DNA from: an uncultured delta proteobacterium
GTDB lineage: Bacteria > Myxococcota > Myxococcia > Myxococcales > Anaeromyxobacteraceae
NCBI GenBank assembly: GCA_963766715.1
Contig: CAVYBH010000002.1
Coordinates: forward strand, 192,001 to 256,000
Direction: 5' to 3'
DNA: 64,000 nt
Shown: piece after piece, positions 31,347-41,110 of the stretch
Position numbering within the stretch: the stretch's first letter is position 1
Layout of the letters: the number at the start of each line of letters is the position of its first letter
Made by a program: the position numbers and the translations under genes
Notes under the pieces: generated by a model
Database searches by the model: none
Told to the model about the DNA's origin: nothing
The model's input: only the letters and a program-made list of their open reading frames with translations

Positions 31347-31577
31347 CTAGCCTTCCGACCACGGCACGTCGACGGTGACCCTCGTCGTCCTTGCCCCCAC
31401 GGTATGTGGCTCGATCCGCGGGTGCTTCTCCCCGGGCCACTTGCCGCTGCTCAGGTCGAGCGGGGCCGGTCTCAGGTAGACCTGCCGCTTGCAGTGATCG
31501 CACACCACGTCGTCGCCGGGCTCCAGGTGCGGAACCGGGCGCCAGGACCCAGCACACTCGAGGGGTTCGGTCGCCAT
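31347..31577 (-). CDS. small hypothetical protein, possible Zn ribbon
   Basis: CAGS...CDHC...H; 76 aa. Confidence 0.45.
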   Translation of the reverse strand: MATEPLECAGSWRPVPHLEPGDDVVCDHCKRQVYLRPAPLDLSSGKWPGEKHPRIEPHTVGARTTRVTVDVPWSEG

Positions 31578-31702
31578 TCCCGCAGATTAGCCCCACGGCC
31601 TGCGCGCACGCGAGGCGCGGCGCGTCATGAGCGGGGAACGTCGGGAGGCTCCCCCGCCGAACGGGTCAGGGGAGGCGCCCCGCGCTCCTGTCGGGCCCTA
31701 CG

Positions 31703-32164
31703 CTAGCGGGTCGACCACGCCCAGCCGGTGATCCGCCAGCCCGCCGCCGTCTTCTGCAGTGCGACCGTGAACGTCGACCCCTTCTGGGATTCCTTCTTCC
31801 CGTTCTTCTTGAAGTCGTAGTTGACCGGGTTGACCACGTAGGCGCGGTCCCCGTCGATGTCGACGTGCCTGGGCTTCTGGAGGGTGACGACCGAATCGGA
31901 GATGCCGTTCTTCTTCGCCATGGCGTCGAAGTCGTTCGCCCAGTCGGCGCAGGCCGTCGGCCCCTGCCAGGCGTACGGGGCGAACTCGTCGACGACGGAC
32001 ACGGGAGATGCGCAAGCCGCGAGCGCGCTCTTCACGTCCCCCTTGTTGAAGCCGTCGATGAACTGCCGAACCGTGGCGAGGACGTCTGCCTGGTCTGCCT
32101 TCGTCGCGGCGGCGGCAGGGACGGCCAGCAGTCCGATGGCGAGTGCGGCGGCGATCTTGCGCAT
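31703..32164 (-). CDS. secreted NTF2/SnoaL-like protein
   Basis: Signal peptide; FIDGFNKGD...GDRAYVV...GWRI. Confidence 0.8.
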   Translation of the reverse strand: MRKIAAALAIGLLAVPAAAATKADQADVLATVRQFIDGFNKGDVKSALAACASPVSVVDEFAPYAWQGPTACADWANDFDAMAKKNGISDSVVTLQKPRHVDIDGDRAYVVNPVNYDFKKNGKKESQKGSTFTVALQKTAAGWRITGWAWSTR

Positions 32165-32369
32165 GTCGTTTCCCTCTCGGTGGGTGCAGCCAGATCCCGG
32201 GAGTCCGGGGCGCGCCACTCATACGGTCCGCGAACCCGGCCCGCTACCCCGCCGCGCACACCACGAGTGAAAAACATCCTTTACCGGGAGGCGGGTCCGA
32301 GGAACCCACCCCAGAGCGACGACCGTCGCCCGTCGCGGGGCGAGGTAGCATCCCATTCCTCGATCCCGG

Positions 32370-33707
32370 ATGCGCGCGCCTCTCCGCTACGCCATCGCCG
32401 CCTTGGTGGCGGCCCTCGCCACGGCCCTGAAGCTCGCGCTCTCGGCGTACATCGTCCCGACCTTCATCCTCGCCTATCCGGCGGTCATGCTGGCGGCCGC
32501 GGTCGGAGGGCTCGGGCCGGGCATCCTGGCCACCGTCCTGTCGGCGGCCATGGCCTGGTACTGGGTGATCCCTCCCCAGCGGGACTTTCACCCGCTCTCC
32601 GTCCAGGAGGGCTCCAGCCTGGCGCTCTTCGTCCTCATGGGGATTCTCGTCAGCGCCATGGCCGAGCGGCTCCGCCGGAGCCGGAGTCGCGTCGGGGTGC
32701 TCGAGGCCGAGCGGGCCCTCCGGGCCGCGGAGGCCAAGTTCCGCACCTACGTCGAGGCGTCGCCCGACGCGCTCTTCGTCGCCGATGGCCGGGGCCGGTT
32801 CGTCGACGGAAACCCGGCCGCGCTCGCGATGCTGGGCATCGACCTCCAGGCCCTGCAGGCGAGCAAGATCACCGACTACGTGCGGGAGGCGGACCAGGAG
32901 GCGACCCGCCTCAAGTTCGGCGTGCTCACGTCCGAGGGGCACGTCGAGTACGACCGGAGGTTCGTGCGTCCGGACGGTCGCGAGGTCTGGGCCCGCGTGC
33001 GTGCGGTGAAGCTGTCGGACGACCGCATGATGGCCTTCTGCCGGGACATCACGGAGCAGGTGGCGGCGGAGGAGGAACTCCGGCGGCGCGAAGCCAGGCT
33101 GCGGGCCTACTTCGAGTCCCCTGCCGTCGGCGTCGCCATCTCCGGCGCGGACATGCGCTGGCTGGAGGCCAACGACTTCGTCTGTGAGATGTCCGGCTAC
33201 ACGCGAGCCGAGCTCCTCCGCCTCAGCTGGGTGGAGCTCTCGTACCCGGACGACCTTCCCTCGGATCTCGCGGCGTTCCAGCGGCTGCTGCGGGGCGAGA
33301 CCGACCGCTACACGGTCGACAAGCGGTTCATCCGCAAGGACGGGTCAATCGTCTGGGCGATGGCGTCCGTGAGCTGCGTGCGGGGGGCGGACGGCGGCGT
33401 GGATTGCGTCATCGGGATCTTCAAGGACATCACGGAACGCAAGCGCACGGAGGTCGCGCTCCGCTCCGCGAAGGTCGAGAACGAGAAGCTCATCGGCGAG
33501 CTGCGGTCGGCCCTCCAGAGCGTGAAGACGCTCTCCGGCCTCCTCCCCATCTGCATGTACTGCAAGAAGATCCGGAACGACACGGGCTACTGGGATCGCA
33601 TCGAGCACTTCATCTCCACGCACACCGAGGCGCGTTTCAGCCACGGGATGTGCGGGGACTGCGCCCGGACGCACCACGCCGAGCTCTTCCCGGGCGAGAA
33701 GTCCTGA
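32370..33707 (+). CDS. membrane PAS-PAS sensor (DUF4118-like TM domain) with C-terminal Cys motif and no kinase domain
   Basis: GGLGPGILAT TM region; two PAS/PAC domains ending DIT; LPICMYCKKIR...FSHGMCGDC. Confidence 0.85.
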   Translation: MRAPLRYAIAALVAALATALKLALSAYIVPTFILAYPAVMLAAAVGGLGPGILATVLSAAMAWYWVIPPQRDFHPLSVQEGSSLALFVLMGILVSAMAERLRRSRSRVGVLEAERALRAAEAKFRTYVEASPDALFVADGRGRFVDGNPAALAMLGIDLQALQASKITDYVREADQEATRLKFGVLTSEGHVEYDRRFVRPDGREVWARVRAVKLSDDRMMAFCRDITEQVAAEEELRRREARLRAYFESPAVGVAISGADMRWLEANDFVCEMSGYTRAELLRLSWVELSYPDDLPSDLAAFQRLLRGETDRYTVDKRFIRKDGSIVWAMASVSCVRGADGGVDCVIGIFKDITERKRTEVALRSAKVENEKLIGELRSALQSVKTLSGLLPICMYCKKIRNDTGYWDRIEHFISTHTEARFSHGMCGDCARTHHAELFPGEKS

Positions 33708-33847
33708 GTGGTGGGAGGCGCGCCCACATCGTGGCCGCGTGTGGGGCGGTGAAGGTAAAAAACCCTGCCTCGTCATGGTCTTACGCGTGAAGTCGCCTCC
33801 CCGTAGGTTGGTCCGCGAGCACACGTCGCTCGGGAGGGGACCCCGCC

Positions 33848-34624
33848 ATGGACCGTCGGTCGCTGTCATTGCTCGTCGTCGTCGCCGCTGCCGCCGCAGC
33901 CTGCGGAGGCTCGTCGTCGGCCCCGGCCGCCGGGAGCCCTCCGGCAGGCCAGGCGATCGTCGTGGCCACGGCGCCGCTGGAGGCCGACGTCCAGCCCGGT
34001 GGATCGGTGAAGTTCACCGCGCGTGTGACCGGGACGGCGGATGGCTCGGTCACGTGGTCCGTCGACGAGGCGAACGGCGGAACCATCGACCCGGCCGGGG
34101 TCTACACGGCGCCTGCCGCCGAGGGCACCTTCCACGTGCGCGCCGAGCATGCCTCTACGGCGAGCGCGAGCGGCGCGGCTTCCACGACGAACGTGGGCCC
34201 GTCCACCTCGCTGAAGAAGGGCGGGACCACCAGCGTCGTGCGGGTGGGGAAGGGCGGGGCGGCCCAGGCAGTCGCCCTCTCCCTCAGCCCGGCCACCGCG
34301 AGCCTCGACGCCTGCAAGGGACAGGTCCTCGTCGCCACCGTCTCCGGCGCCAGCGACACGAGGGTGACGTGGTCGGTGGCCGAGGCGGGCGGGGGAACCG
34401 TGACGAACGGCATCTACACCTCCCCCCAGGTCCCGGGGATCTACACGGTGGTGGCCACCAGCGTGGCGGATCCGACGAAGACCGCCCAGGCCACCATCAC
34501 CGTGGGCCCGGAGAAGGTGCTCTCGATCGCGGTCGATCCGGGGAACGGGACCGCCCTGCCGAGCGGGACGCTTGCGCTGGCCGCGACAGTGACGACGAGC
34601 TGCGGCACGTTTCCGGCGAGGTGA
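33848..34624 (+). CDS. Ig-like repeat lipoprotein
   Basis: AAAC lipobox; repeated VTWSV.E..GGT...G.YT.P. Confidence 0.75.
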   Translation: MDRRSLSLLVVVAAAAAACGGSSSAPAAGSPPAGQAIVVATAPLEADVQPGGSVKFTARVTGTADGSVTWSVDEANGGTIDPAGVYTAPAAEGTFHVRAEHASTASASGAASTTNVGPSTSLKKGGTTSVVRVGKGGAAQAVALSLSPATASLDACKGQVLVATVSGASDTRVTWSVAEAGGGTVTNGIYTSPQVPGIYTVVATSVADPTKTAQATITVGPEKVLSIAVDPGNGTALPSGTLALAATVTTSCGTFPAR

Positions 34625-34655
34625 CGCCCGGTTCACGGGATTCGGGCCACGCTCC

Positions 34656-34934
34656 CTAGCAGGCGGGTTCGCGGACGGGCATCGACATCAGGCGGCGGAG
34701 GTCGCCGCTCATCCGGTTCCAGTGGGCGAGCAAGGAGTCCGACGAGATGCGGGCCACGCGTCCCCGTCTCCCGTCGCCGGAGGTGAGGAACTCCACCCCG
34801 TCCGGCGCGGCGCCGCCCAGCCCGACGATCGTGAGGAGGAGCGACCTGCCCTCCACGGCGAGCACCCGGGCCAGCACGGCCCCTTCCGCTCCGCGCAGGC
34901 CCCACACGGTTCCGACCCAGGACGAGCCCGACAT
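34656..34934 (-). CDS. hypothetical protein
   Basis: GAGG RBS before the ATG; plausible codon usage. Confidence 0.45.
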   Translation of the reverse strand: MSGSSWVGTVWGLRGAEGAVLARVLAVEGRSLLLTIVGLGGAAPDGVEFLTSGDGRRGRVARISSDSLLAHWNRMSGDLRRLMSMPVREPAC

Positions 34935-35138
34935 CGCGGCACCTCTCCATCACGGCAGGGACGACGCCTCCACGATTCCAGCGTAAGACGCCGGGGCCGC
35001 CTTTCCATGGACCAAGCCGGGGCGACCTGATCAGGGGCCGGGTTCACCCGGGGAGGGGGCCCCGCCCGGGCGTCCTTCGTCGGGGGGTTGAGCTTTGTAC
35101 ACCTGTGGTGAACCATGTGCTGCAGGGGGAGGCCGCCG

Positions 35139-35984
35139 ATGATCGAGTGCCTGGTGCTGGTGCTGCTCCTCGCCGTGCCTCCGGATCGGTACGACACGGT
35201 GGTGCTGAAGAACGGTGGCATCCTCCGCGGCTCGGTGGTGCAGGACGTCCCGGGTGCGGCCGTCGTCCTCGAGCTGCCGGACGGGACGAGCTGGACGATT
35301 CCGCGAGCCGAGGTCGCGCAGATCGACTACGCGCGGAACGCCCCGCCGCCACCGCCCGAGGACGTCGTCGTTCCGTCTCCGGAGCCCGGGCCATCCGAGG
35401 GCCCCGCCCCGCCACAGGAGCAGGTCTCGATGCTCCAGCTGGGCGTCTCGATCGGCCTCGCGGTGCCGGTCGGCCAGCTGGACGCTTCCGGACTGGGCCT
35501 TGGCTCGGCGGTGAGCCCGCAGATCACCTTCACGTTCGAGGGATCCTTCCGTCCCGTCGCGCCGCTCGAGCTGGGGCTCTACCTGCTGCTCGGCGCGGGC
35601 AGCACGTACGGGCCGATCAACGGCTACTGCCTGGCTGCCGGGGGATGGTGCGACGCCCTCGACCTGAGCGTGGGGCTCTTCCCGCGCTGGAGCTTCCTTC
35701 CGGGGGGGCCCGTCAATCCGTGGGTGATGGTGAGCGGGGGCTTCGAGTGGATGTCGGCGATGAACGACTACCACGACAGCTTCGACTACACCGGCTGGCA
35801 GGTGGGAGCCGCGGTGGGACTCGACCTCCGGTTCGGCCCGGGCATCAGCGGCTCGTTCGCGCTGGGGACGCGGTGGGGCCAGTTCACGTCCCTGTCCGTG
35901 ACCGGGCTCCTGCCGAGCCTTCCCTTCTCCCCCGCGACGCACGGGTGGATCGACCTCGGCTTCCGGACCAGCTACGGGTTCTAG
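35139..35984 (+). CDS. outer-membrane beta-barrel-like hypothetical protein
   Basis: DTVVLKNGGILRG N-domain, Pro-rich linker, amphipathic strands, C-terminal Phe. Confidence 0.7.
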   Translation: MIECLVLVLLLAVPPDRYDTVVLKNGGILRGSVVQDVPGAAVVLELPDGTSWTIPRAEVAQIDYARNAPPPPPEDVVVPSPEPGPSEGPAPPQEQVSMLQLGVSIGLAVPVGQLDASGLGLGSAVSPQITFTFEGSFRPVAPLELGLYLLLGAGSTYGPINGYCLAAGGWCDALDLSVGLFPRWSFLPGGPVNPWVMVSGGFEWMSAMNDYHDSFDYTGWQVGAAVGLDLRFGPGISGSFALGTRWGQFTSLSVTGLLPSLPFSPATHGWIDLGFRTSYGF

Positions 35985-36248
35985 TCACGAGGGTCCAGCA
36001 AATGGCGAAGGCCCCATGGACCTCGGGGCCTTCTGGTCGGCGCTCCCCCCGGCGCCGATCGGGTCCTGTCACCGCGACGACGACGCTAGCACCCCGCACC
36101 CCGAGCGACGACCCCACGATCGCGGGAACCCGCCTCCAAGGACATCCACCGTCCGCCTCCCCCCATGGGCGGATGACGGTCGATCATGGACTGGGGCCCC
36201 GCACGGCCCGCTGGCTAGGCTGGGACGCAGGATCTCGAGAGGTGCGCC

Positions 36249-36446
36249 ATGGCCGAGGGTCCAGGAACGCCCGTATCGCCAGAAGGCTGGGAGACCGACG
36301 ACCTGTCCCGGATGCGTCGCGTCCACGACGACCTCGAGCGCGAGTACCGGCTGATCCCGGAGGGCCACTACCGGCGCCAGGCCGGGGGGAGCGTGCCCAG
36401 CCTGATCGAGCGCGCCCCGGGTCGAACCTCCCGCGGAGAGCCGTGA
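36249..36446 (+). CDS. small hypothetical protein, family A copy 1 (65 aa)
   Basis: GAGG RBS; paralog at 42134 (32/55 identical residues). Confidence 0.75.
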   Translation: MAEGPGTPVSPEGWETDDLSRMRRVHDDLEREYRLIPEGHYRRQAGGSVPSLIERAPGRTSRGEP

Positions 36447-36469
36447 GCGGACTGATACACTCCCGCGCC

Positions 36470-37092
36470 ATGGAGGCGGCCTGAACCGAGCGACGTGGAT
36501 CGGGCTGGATGCCGGCGCGCTCGCCCTGGCGGCGCTCCTGTGGGCCGAGGTTCGCGACCGGCCGGTCGCGCGTGGCCTCGCCAAGACGGCCTGCGCGCTG
36601 GCCTTCGTGGGCGTGGGCCTGGCCGGCGGCGTTCACGGAAGGTACGCAAGCCTGGTCGTCGCGGCGCTGGTGCTGTCCGCGGCCGGCGACGTCCTCCTCC
36701 TCGCCCGGGCCGAGCGGGCCTTCCTGGCGGGCCTGGGGTCGTTCCTGCTGGCTCACCTGGCGTACGCGGCGGCGTTCGCACCGATATCCAGCCGCCCGGC
36801 GATGCTCCTGCCCGTGGTCGTCGCCACGGTCGCGGGGGCCCTGGCCTGGCTCTGGCCGCACCTCGGTGCGATGCGCCTGCCGGTCGTGGCCTACTGCACG
36901 GTCATCGGCGCGATGGTGTGGCTCGCGCTGGGAGTGCCCGACCCGCTCGTCCGGCTGGGCGCGCTGCTCTTCTTCGTGTCCGACCTCTTCGTGGCGCGCG
37001 GCCGGTTCGTCCGTCCCGGGAAGGTGAACCAGCTCGTGGGCTGGCCGCTCTACTTCGGCGGCCAGTTCCTGCTGGCGCTCTCGGCGGGGTAG
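36470..37092 (+). CDS. YhhN/lysoplasmalogenase-like membrane protein (start affected by an indel)
   Basis: SAAGDVLL, FLAGLGSFLLAHLAY, LFFVSD, YFGGQ. Confidence 0.85.
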
Positions 37093-37143
37093 GTCGGCTA
37101 CGCCTTGCCTGGCGTCGGCTGGACACGGCGCAGCGAGGTCGTT

Positions 37144-37428
37144 ATGAAGCCGGCCGAAAATCCACTGCGAGGGCTTGGCAACGGCATGGCAAGAAGCACC
37201 AAGGGCAGGAGCGAGCGGTTCACGGTGCCCGAGACGTGGCGCCGGATCGTGAAGTGGAACGAGCGCCAGGGCGGCAAGCCGTACGACGTGCTGGTGTGCG
37301 GGCACGCCGTTCCGGCGAGCGACACGGCCTTCCGGAGATTCCGTGCCTGCCCCGACTGCCGGCTGACGGTCCAGCAGTACGCGAATCAGGTCGCGGACCC
37401 GTCCCGAGACCGGTCCCGAGCGGCCTGA
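37144..37428 (+). CDS. small hypothetical protein with CGH...CPDC Zn-finger-like motif
   Basis: GAGG RBS; LVCGH-x14-CPDC. Confidence 0.55.
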   Translation: MKPAENPLRGLGNGMARSTKGRSERFTVPETWRRIVKWNERQGGKPYDVLVCGHAVPASDTAFRRFRACPDCRLTVQQYANQVADPSRDRSRAA

Positions 37429-37431
37429 TCC

Positions 37432-37605
37432 TCAGTCGCTGCCCAGGTACGTCCCCTCACCGAGCGCTTCATCGACGCATACGCACGTGCCGTCTCCGCC
37501 GTCCTGGCCGCGGCGTTCGCATCGACTGCAATCGCGCGCCTCGACCGTGATCTCGATGGGGCCGTGCTTCAGGAGCGTCCACGTCTCGATGCTGTCCTTG
37601 TCCAC
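37432..37605 (-). CDS. CxxC-x11-CxC microprotein, family B copy 2 (57 aa)
   Basis: GGAGG RBS, GTG start; tandem paralog of 37681..37842. Confidence 0.75.
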   Translation of the reverse strand: MDKDSIETWTLLKHGPIEITVEARDCSRCERRGQDGGDGTCVCVDEALGEGTYLGSD

Positions 37606-37638
37606 GACACGCCCTCCGGGTCGGAGTCCACGGAGAGG

Positions 37639-37667
37639 TGACACGCGGATGGGCGGGGAAGGGTCAC
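37639..37667 (-). promoter_or_regulatory. ECF-like promoter motif upstream of family B copy 2
   Basis: GTGACCCTT-N12-GCGTGTCA, same spacing as the motif before copy 1. Confidence 0.45.
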
Positions 37668-37680
37668 GTTTCGCGACCCT
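37660..37680 (-). terminator. hairpin directly after family B copy 1
   Basis: AGGGTCGCG-AAA-CGTGACCCT (9-bp stem with one G-U) right after the TGA; weak U-tract. Confidence 0.35.
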
Positions 37681-37842
37681 TCAGGTCGGCAGGTCCCCGA
37701 GCGCCTCGTCGACGCAGACGCAGGTTCCCTCCGCGCCCTCGTCGGTCACCCGCCGGCATCGCGGACATTCGCGCACCTCGACGGTGATCTCGATGGGACC
37801 GCGCTTCTGGTTGTTCCAGTTCTCGATGTCTTCGCTGTCCAA
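37681..37842 (-). CDS. CxxC-x11-CxC microprotein, family B copy 1 (53 aa; not in the ORF track)
   Basis: Hand translation from TTG: MDSEDIENWNNQKRGPIEITVEVRECPRCRRVTDEGAEGTCVCVDEALGDLPT. Confidence 0.75.
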   Translation of the reverse strand: MDSEDIENWNNQKRGPIEITVEVRECPRCRRVTDEGAEGTCVCVDEALGDLPT

Positions 37843-37874
37843 GGCGGCCCCTTCGCGCAGGCTCGACAGGAGAA

Positions 37875-37903
37875 TGACACGCAGCGACGGTGTAAAGATG
37901 CAC
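37875..37903 (-). promoter_or_regulatory. ECF-like promoter motif upstream of family B copy 1
   Basis: GTGCATCTT-N12-GCGTGTCA. Confidence 0.45.
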
Positions 37904-38027
37904 TTATCCGCAGGTTCGCCATCTGGACACCCTCCGGCGCCCGAAACCCACCGGCCGTCCCCCGGCCCACCGACACGGCCTGGGGCCCTTGCTGCACGTG
38001 CAACGTCCCGTGCCTACCATGCGAGGG

Positions 38028-38210
38028 ATGGGAACGAGGACTCCAGTCGAATGCGCCCAGGATCTGAGGTCGAACCGGGCGGAGTTCCAGGCCGGCCGCG
38101 TGTCGCGGCGCGAGCACCTGGCGTTCGCGGAGGCGATCTGGATGGACCTGCTGACCCGGGGGCTCGCCGACGAGCTCGTCCGGGAGATCGGGAAGGCGGA
38201 GGCGAAGTAG
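38028..38210 (+). CDS. small hypothetical protein (60 aa)
   Basis: Helical, GC3-rich ORF MGTRTPVECAQDLRSNRAEFQAGRVSRREH... Confidence 0.5.
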   Translation: MGTRTPVECAQDLRSNRAEFQAGRVSRREHLAFAEAIWMDLLTRGLADELVREIGKAEAK

Positions 38211-38251
38211 GCGACCCTGGTGCTAGGCTCTCCCGTGCAGGAGGAGCGACC

Positions 38252-38814
38252 TTGCCCGAAGGGTCCACGAGCGCATCCGGAAGCGCCGGCGCGTCCCGGC
38301 GCAGAGGAGCCGCGTCCCGCAGGAAGGCCCTCGTCCTGTGCGGCGCGATCCTCCTGGCGGCAGACGCGGTGCTGCTCGTCGGAACCGTGGCGGGACATCA
38401 GCGCGCCACCGACACCCTGGCCAACCAGCTGGGCTGGAGCGCGATGTCGGAGGACCCCGACGTCGCGCGCTGGGTGGCGAGGTGGGCCTCCTACCTGGAC
38501 GCAATCGGACTCGCCGCCCAGGTCGGGGCCGTGTGGTTCGCGATGAGGTGGACGCGCTGGAGGGAGGAGCCTGCCGGTACCTCTCGAAGCCCCGGCGCCG
38601 TGGTCGTCCTCGTCACGGCCCTCCTCTGGACCCTGGGCAACGCCGCCGGCGTCCTGTTCGAGCTCGGGGCGGGAGGGGACGAGGGGATGGCGAGCGTCGG
38701 GAATCCCTGGTCGGCTGGAGAGCCCTGCTCGACCTCGCCAACGCGGTCGCCCTGGCCGCGGCCTGGAGATGGCGCCCCTGGCGCAGGCCACTCGCGGCCG
38801 CGCTCGCGGCGTGA
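38252..38814 (+). CDS. hypothetical membrane protein (frameshift near 38705)
   Basis: GGAG RBS plus TTG start; about 4 hydrophobic segments. Confidence 0.5.
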
Positions 38815-38836
38815 CGCCGGCCGTGCCTGGCGCCGT

Positions 38837-39839
38837 TCACCCCCCAATCCCCATCATCGGCAGGAGCACCAGCCGGGCTCCGGCCTCGTCCATGTGGTGA
38901 CGGTCCTCCTTCCGTCCGAGCGCCCGCCGCACCGCCGCCGCCAGCTCGCCGTCCGAGGCGCCCGCGCGCAGGAGCGCGCCGAGGGGCTCCCGGTCCTGGC
39001 CCCCGAGGCAGGCCTGGAACTCCCCGCGGGCCGTCACCCTGCAGCGATTGCAGCGCTCGCAGAAGTTCTCCGTCAGGGCGCCGATGAACCCGACGAGCCC
39101 GGCGGCGCCGGTGGACGGGTCCCGTCCGAGGAGGTGGTGCGCCGGGCCCCACCCGCGGGTGGCATCCGGCTCGAGCGCCAGCCCCTGGGCCCGCAGGAGG
39201 GCCTTCAGCTCGCTCGTGGGCACCGGTTCCCCGGCGCCGAACGGCATGAGCTCGATGAAGCGCGGGACCGCCCGGCGGCTCCACGCGAAGCGAACGAGGT
39301 CGGCGGCCTCGCCCTCGTTGACGCCGCGGATCACCACGGTGTTGATCTTCAGCGCGGCGAAGCCCGCGGCGGCGGCGGCGTCGATGCCGGCCAGGACCCT
39401 GGCCAGGTCGGCGCCCCTGCCGCTGATCCGCGAGAGCTTTCCCGGCGTCGAGGGTGTCGAGCGAGACGTTGACGGCGCCGACACCGGCCCGGCGGAGCGG
39501 CGCCGCGAGGTCTCCCAGGCGCTGGCCGTTCGTCGTCAGCGCCACCTCCTCGATGCCCGGAGTCCGGTGAGCCGCCTCGGCGATCTCGACCAGGTCGCTC
39601 CGCAGCGTGGGCTCGCCTCCCGTGAGGCGGACCCGGCGGATGCCCAGCCGGGCGAAGAGCCGGATCAGCCGGGCGATCTCCTCTCCCCGGAGGAAGTCCC
39701 GCGCGTCCGAGTGGGCCTCGGGGCTGCAATAGCTGCAGCGGAAGCCGCACCGATCGGTCACGGAGAACCGCAGGTAGCTGATCCGGCGCCCCTGCCGATC
39801 CGTGAGCGGGTCCGCGCGCGAGAGTCGAAGATCCGGCAT
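38837..39839 (-). CDS. moaA: GTP 3',8-cyclase, radical SAM (frameshift near 39440)
   Basis: YLRFSVTDRCGFRCSYC, LTGGEP, RFIELMP, FCERCNR...CL, C-terminal MMGIGG. Confidence 0.93.
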
Positions 39840-39870
39840 GACCGCCCTCCACCCGGCGCCCGATCCCCCG

Positions 39871-40200
39871 CTACGGGATCGTGAGCGACGTCACCTGGAT
39901 GACCGAGCCCTTCTTCTCGCCGGTCACGTTCACCCGGATGTGGTCCTTGTGTCCCGTGGCCTTCAGGGCCGACAGGGCCTTCTCGTCTCCGGCCTTGTCG
40001 AGCGGGATCCAGGTGCCGTGGTCGAGGATTCCGTACCCGGTGCCCGAGCACTGGAGCAGGCAGGCCTTGGTGTGGGCATCGGGGTCCGCCTTCACCTTCT
40101 CCGCACAGCTGTGATCGATCAGGGGAACGTTCTCCCAGGTGGTCGCCAGGGCCAGCACCGGAAGTGCGCTCAGCAGGGTTGCCACGATCAGCTTCCTCAT
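39871..40200 (-). CDS. small secreted hypothetical protein
   Basis: Signal peptide; D..C...H..C...C...GYG motif. Confidence 0.7.
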   Translation of the reverse strand: MRKLIVATLLSALPVLALATTWENVPLIDHSCAEKVKADPDAHTKACLLQCSGTGYGILDHGTWIPLDKAGDEKALSALKATGHKDHIRVNVTGEKKGSVIQVTSLTIP

Positions 40201-40348
40201 GACTGCCTCCTTGCTCACGGGTCCTCTTCTCGACCTCGTGCACGAGGGCGAACTAGCGACGCCGGGGCGCCGTTCAAGGAAATGACGGCCCGGACCTCAC
40301 GAGGGGGCGAAGGAATGTTGACGATGGCGGGGAGGGTTCCGCCTGACG

Positions 40349-41059
40349 CTACCCGGCGGGCGACCCGGGCTCGCGCGGGCGGCGGAGGAGGTCACTGACC
40401 GTCACGAGCTCGAACCCGCGTGCGCGGAGCCCGGCGACGATGGCCGGGAGGGCCTCCGCCGTGCGGAAGCGGGGGTGGTTCATGTGCAGGACCACGATGG
40501 CGCCCGGGCGGGCGCTTCCCACCACGAAGTCGACCAGTCGCCGGCTCGAGATGCGCGGATCCGGGTCGCCGGAGGGGAGGTCGTACTCCACGGTGGTCAG
40601 GCCCAGGGAGGCCGCGACCTTCACCACCCGGGAGTCGAGCTCGCCGTAGGGCGCCCGGAAGAGCGTCGGCCGCCGCCCGGTCACCTTCGCGATCTCCTCC
40701 CCGGCGCGCACGAGCTCGCCGCGGATGCCGTCCTCGGTGAGCCGCGTCAGGTGAGGGTGGTGGAAGGAGTGGTTCGCGATCTCGAAGAGCGGGTCGCGGG
40801 CGAGGTCGCCGAGCGCGCTGCGCTCCCGCTCCGCCCAGCCGCCCCCCACGAAGAGCGTCGCGGGCACGCGAAGGGAGCGGAGGATGGCGGGGATCCGGGC
40901 GTCGTACGGGTCCGGCTCGCGGGTCGTCGTGCAAGCGTCGAAGGTCAGGGCCACCTGGTGGCCGGTACGGGGGCCGTGGTCCACGACGCCGGCGGAGGCG
41001 GTGGTCAGGACGACGGCGAGCAGGGCGACGATCACGGAGAATGGACGTTTGCCTCGCAT
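40349..41059 (-). CDS. polysaccharide deacetylase (NodB/CE4)
   Basis: ALTFD, NHSFHH, FRAPYG, IVVLH. Confidence 0.9.
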   Translation of the reverse strand: MRGKRPFSVIVALLAVVLTTASAGVVDHGPRTGHQVALTFDACTTTREPDPYDARIPAILRSLRVPATLFVGGGWAERERSALGDLARDPLFEIANHSFHHPHLTRLTEDGIRGELVRAGEEIAKVTGRRPTLFRAPYGELDSRVVKVAASLGLTTVEYDLPSGDPDPRISSRRLVDFVVGSARPGAIVVLHMNHPRFRTAEALPAIVAGLRARGFELVTVSDLLRRPREPGSPAG

Positions 41060-41110
41060 CCGTTATTCATGGTCAGGTCCGTCAGCCGCTACCCGGATCG
41101 GAGATCCCGC

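Noticed and set aside
37989..38003. TGCACGTGCA palindrome and weak sigma54-like TGGGGCCCTTGCTGCA
   Set aside because: Too short or degenerate to support without comparative data.
37432..39839. Radical SAM enzyme near Cys-rich peptides as a ranthipeptide/sactipeptide RiPP cluster
   Set aside because: The enzyme has all MoaA hallmarks (YLRxSVTDRC, RFIExMP, C-terminal GG), no RRE domain, and is separated from the peptides by two opposite-strand genes.
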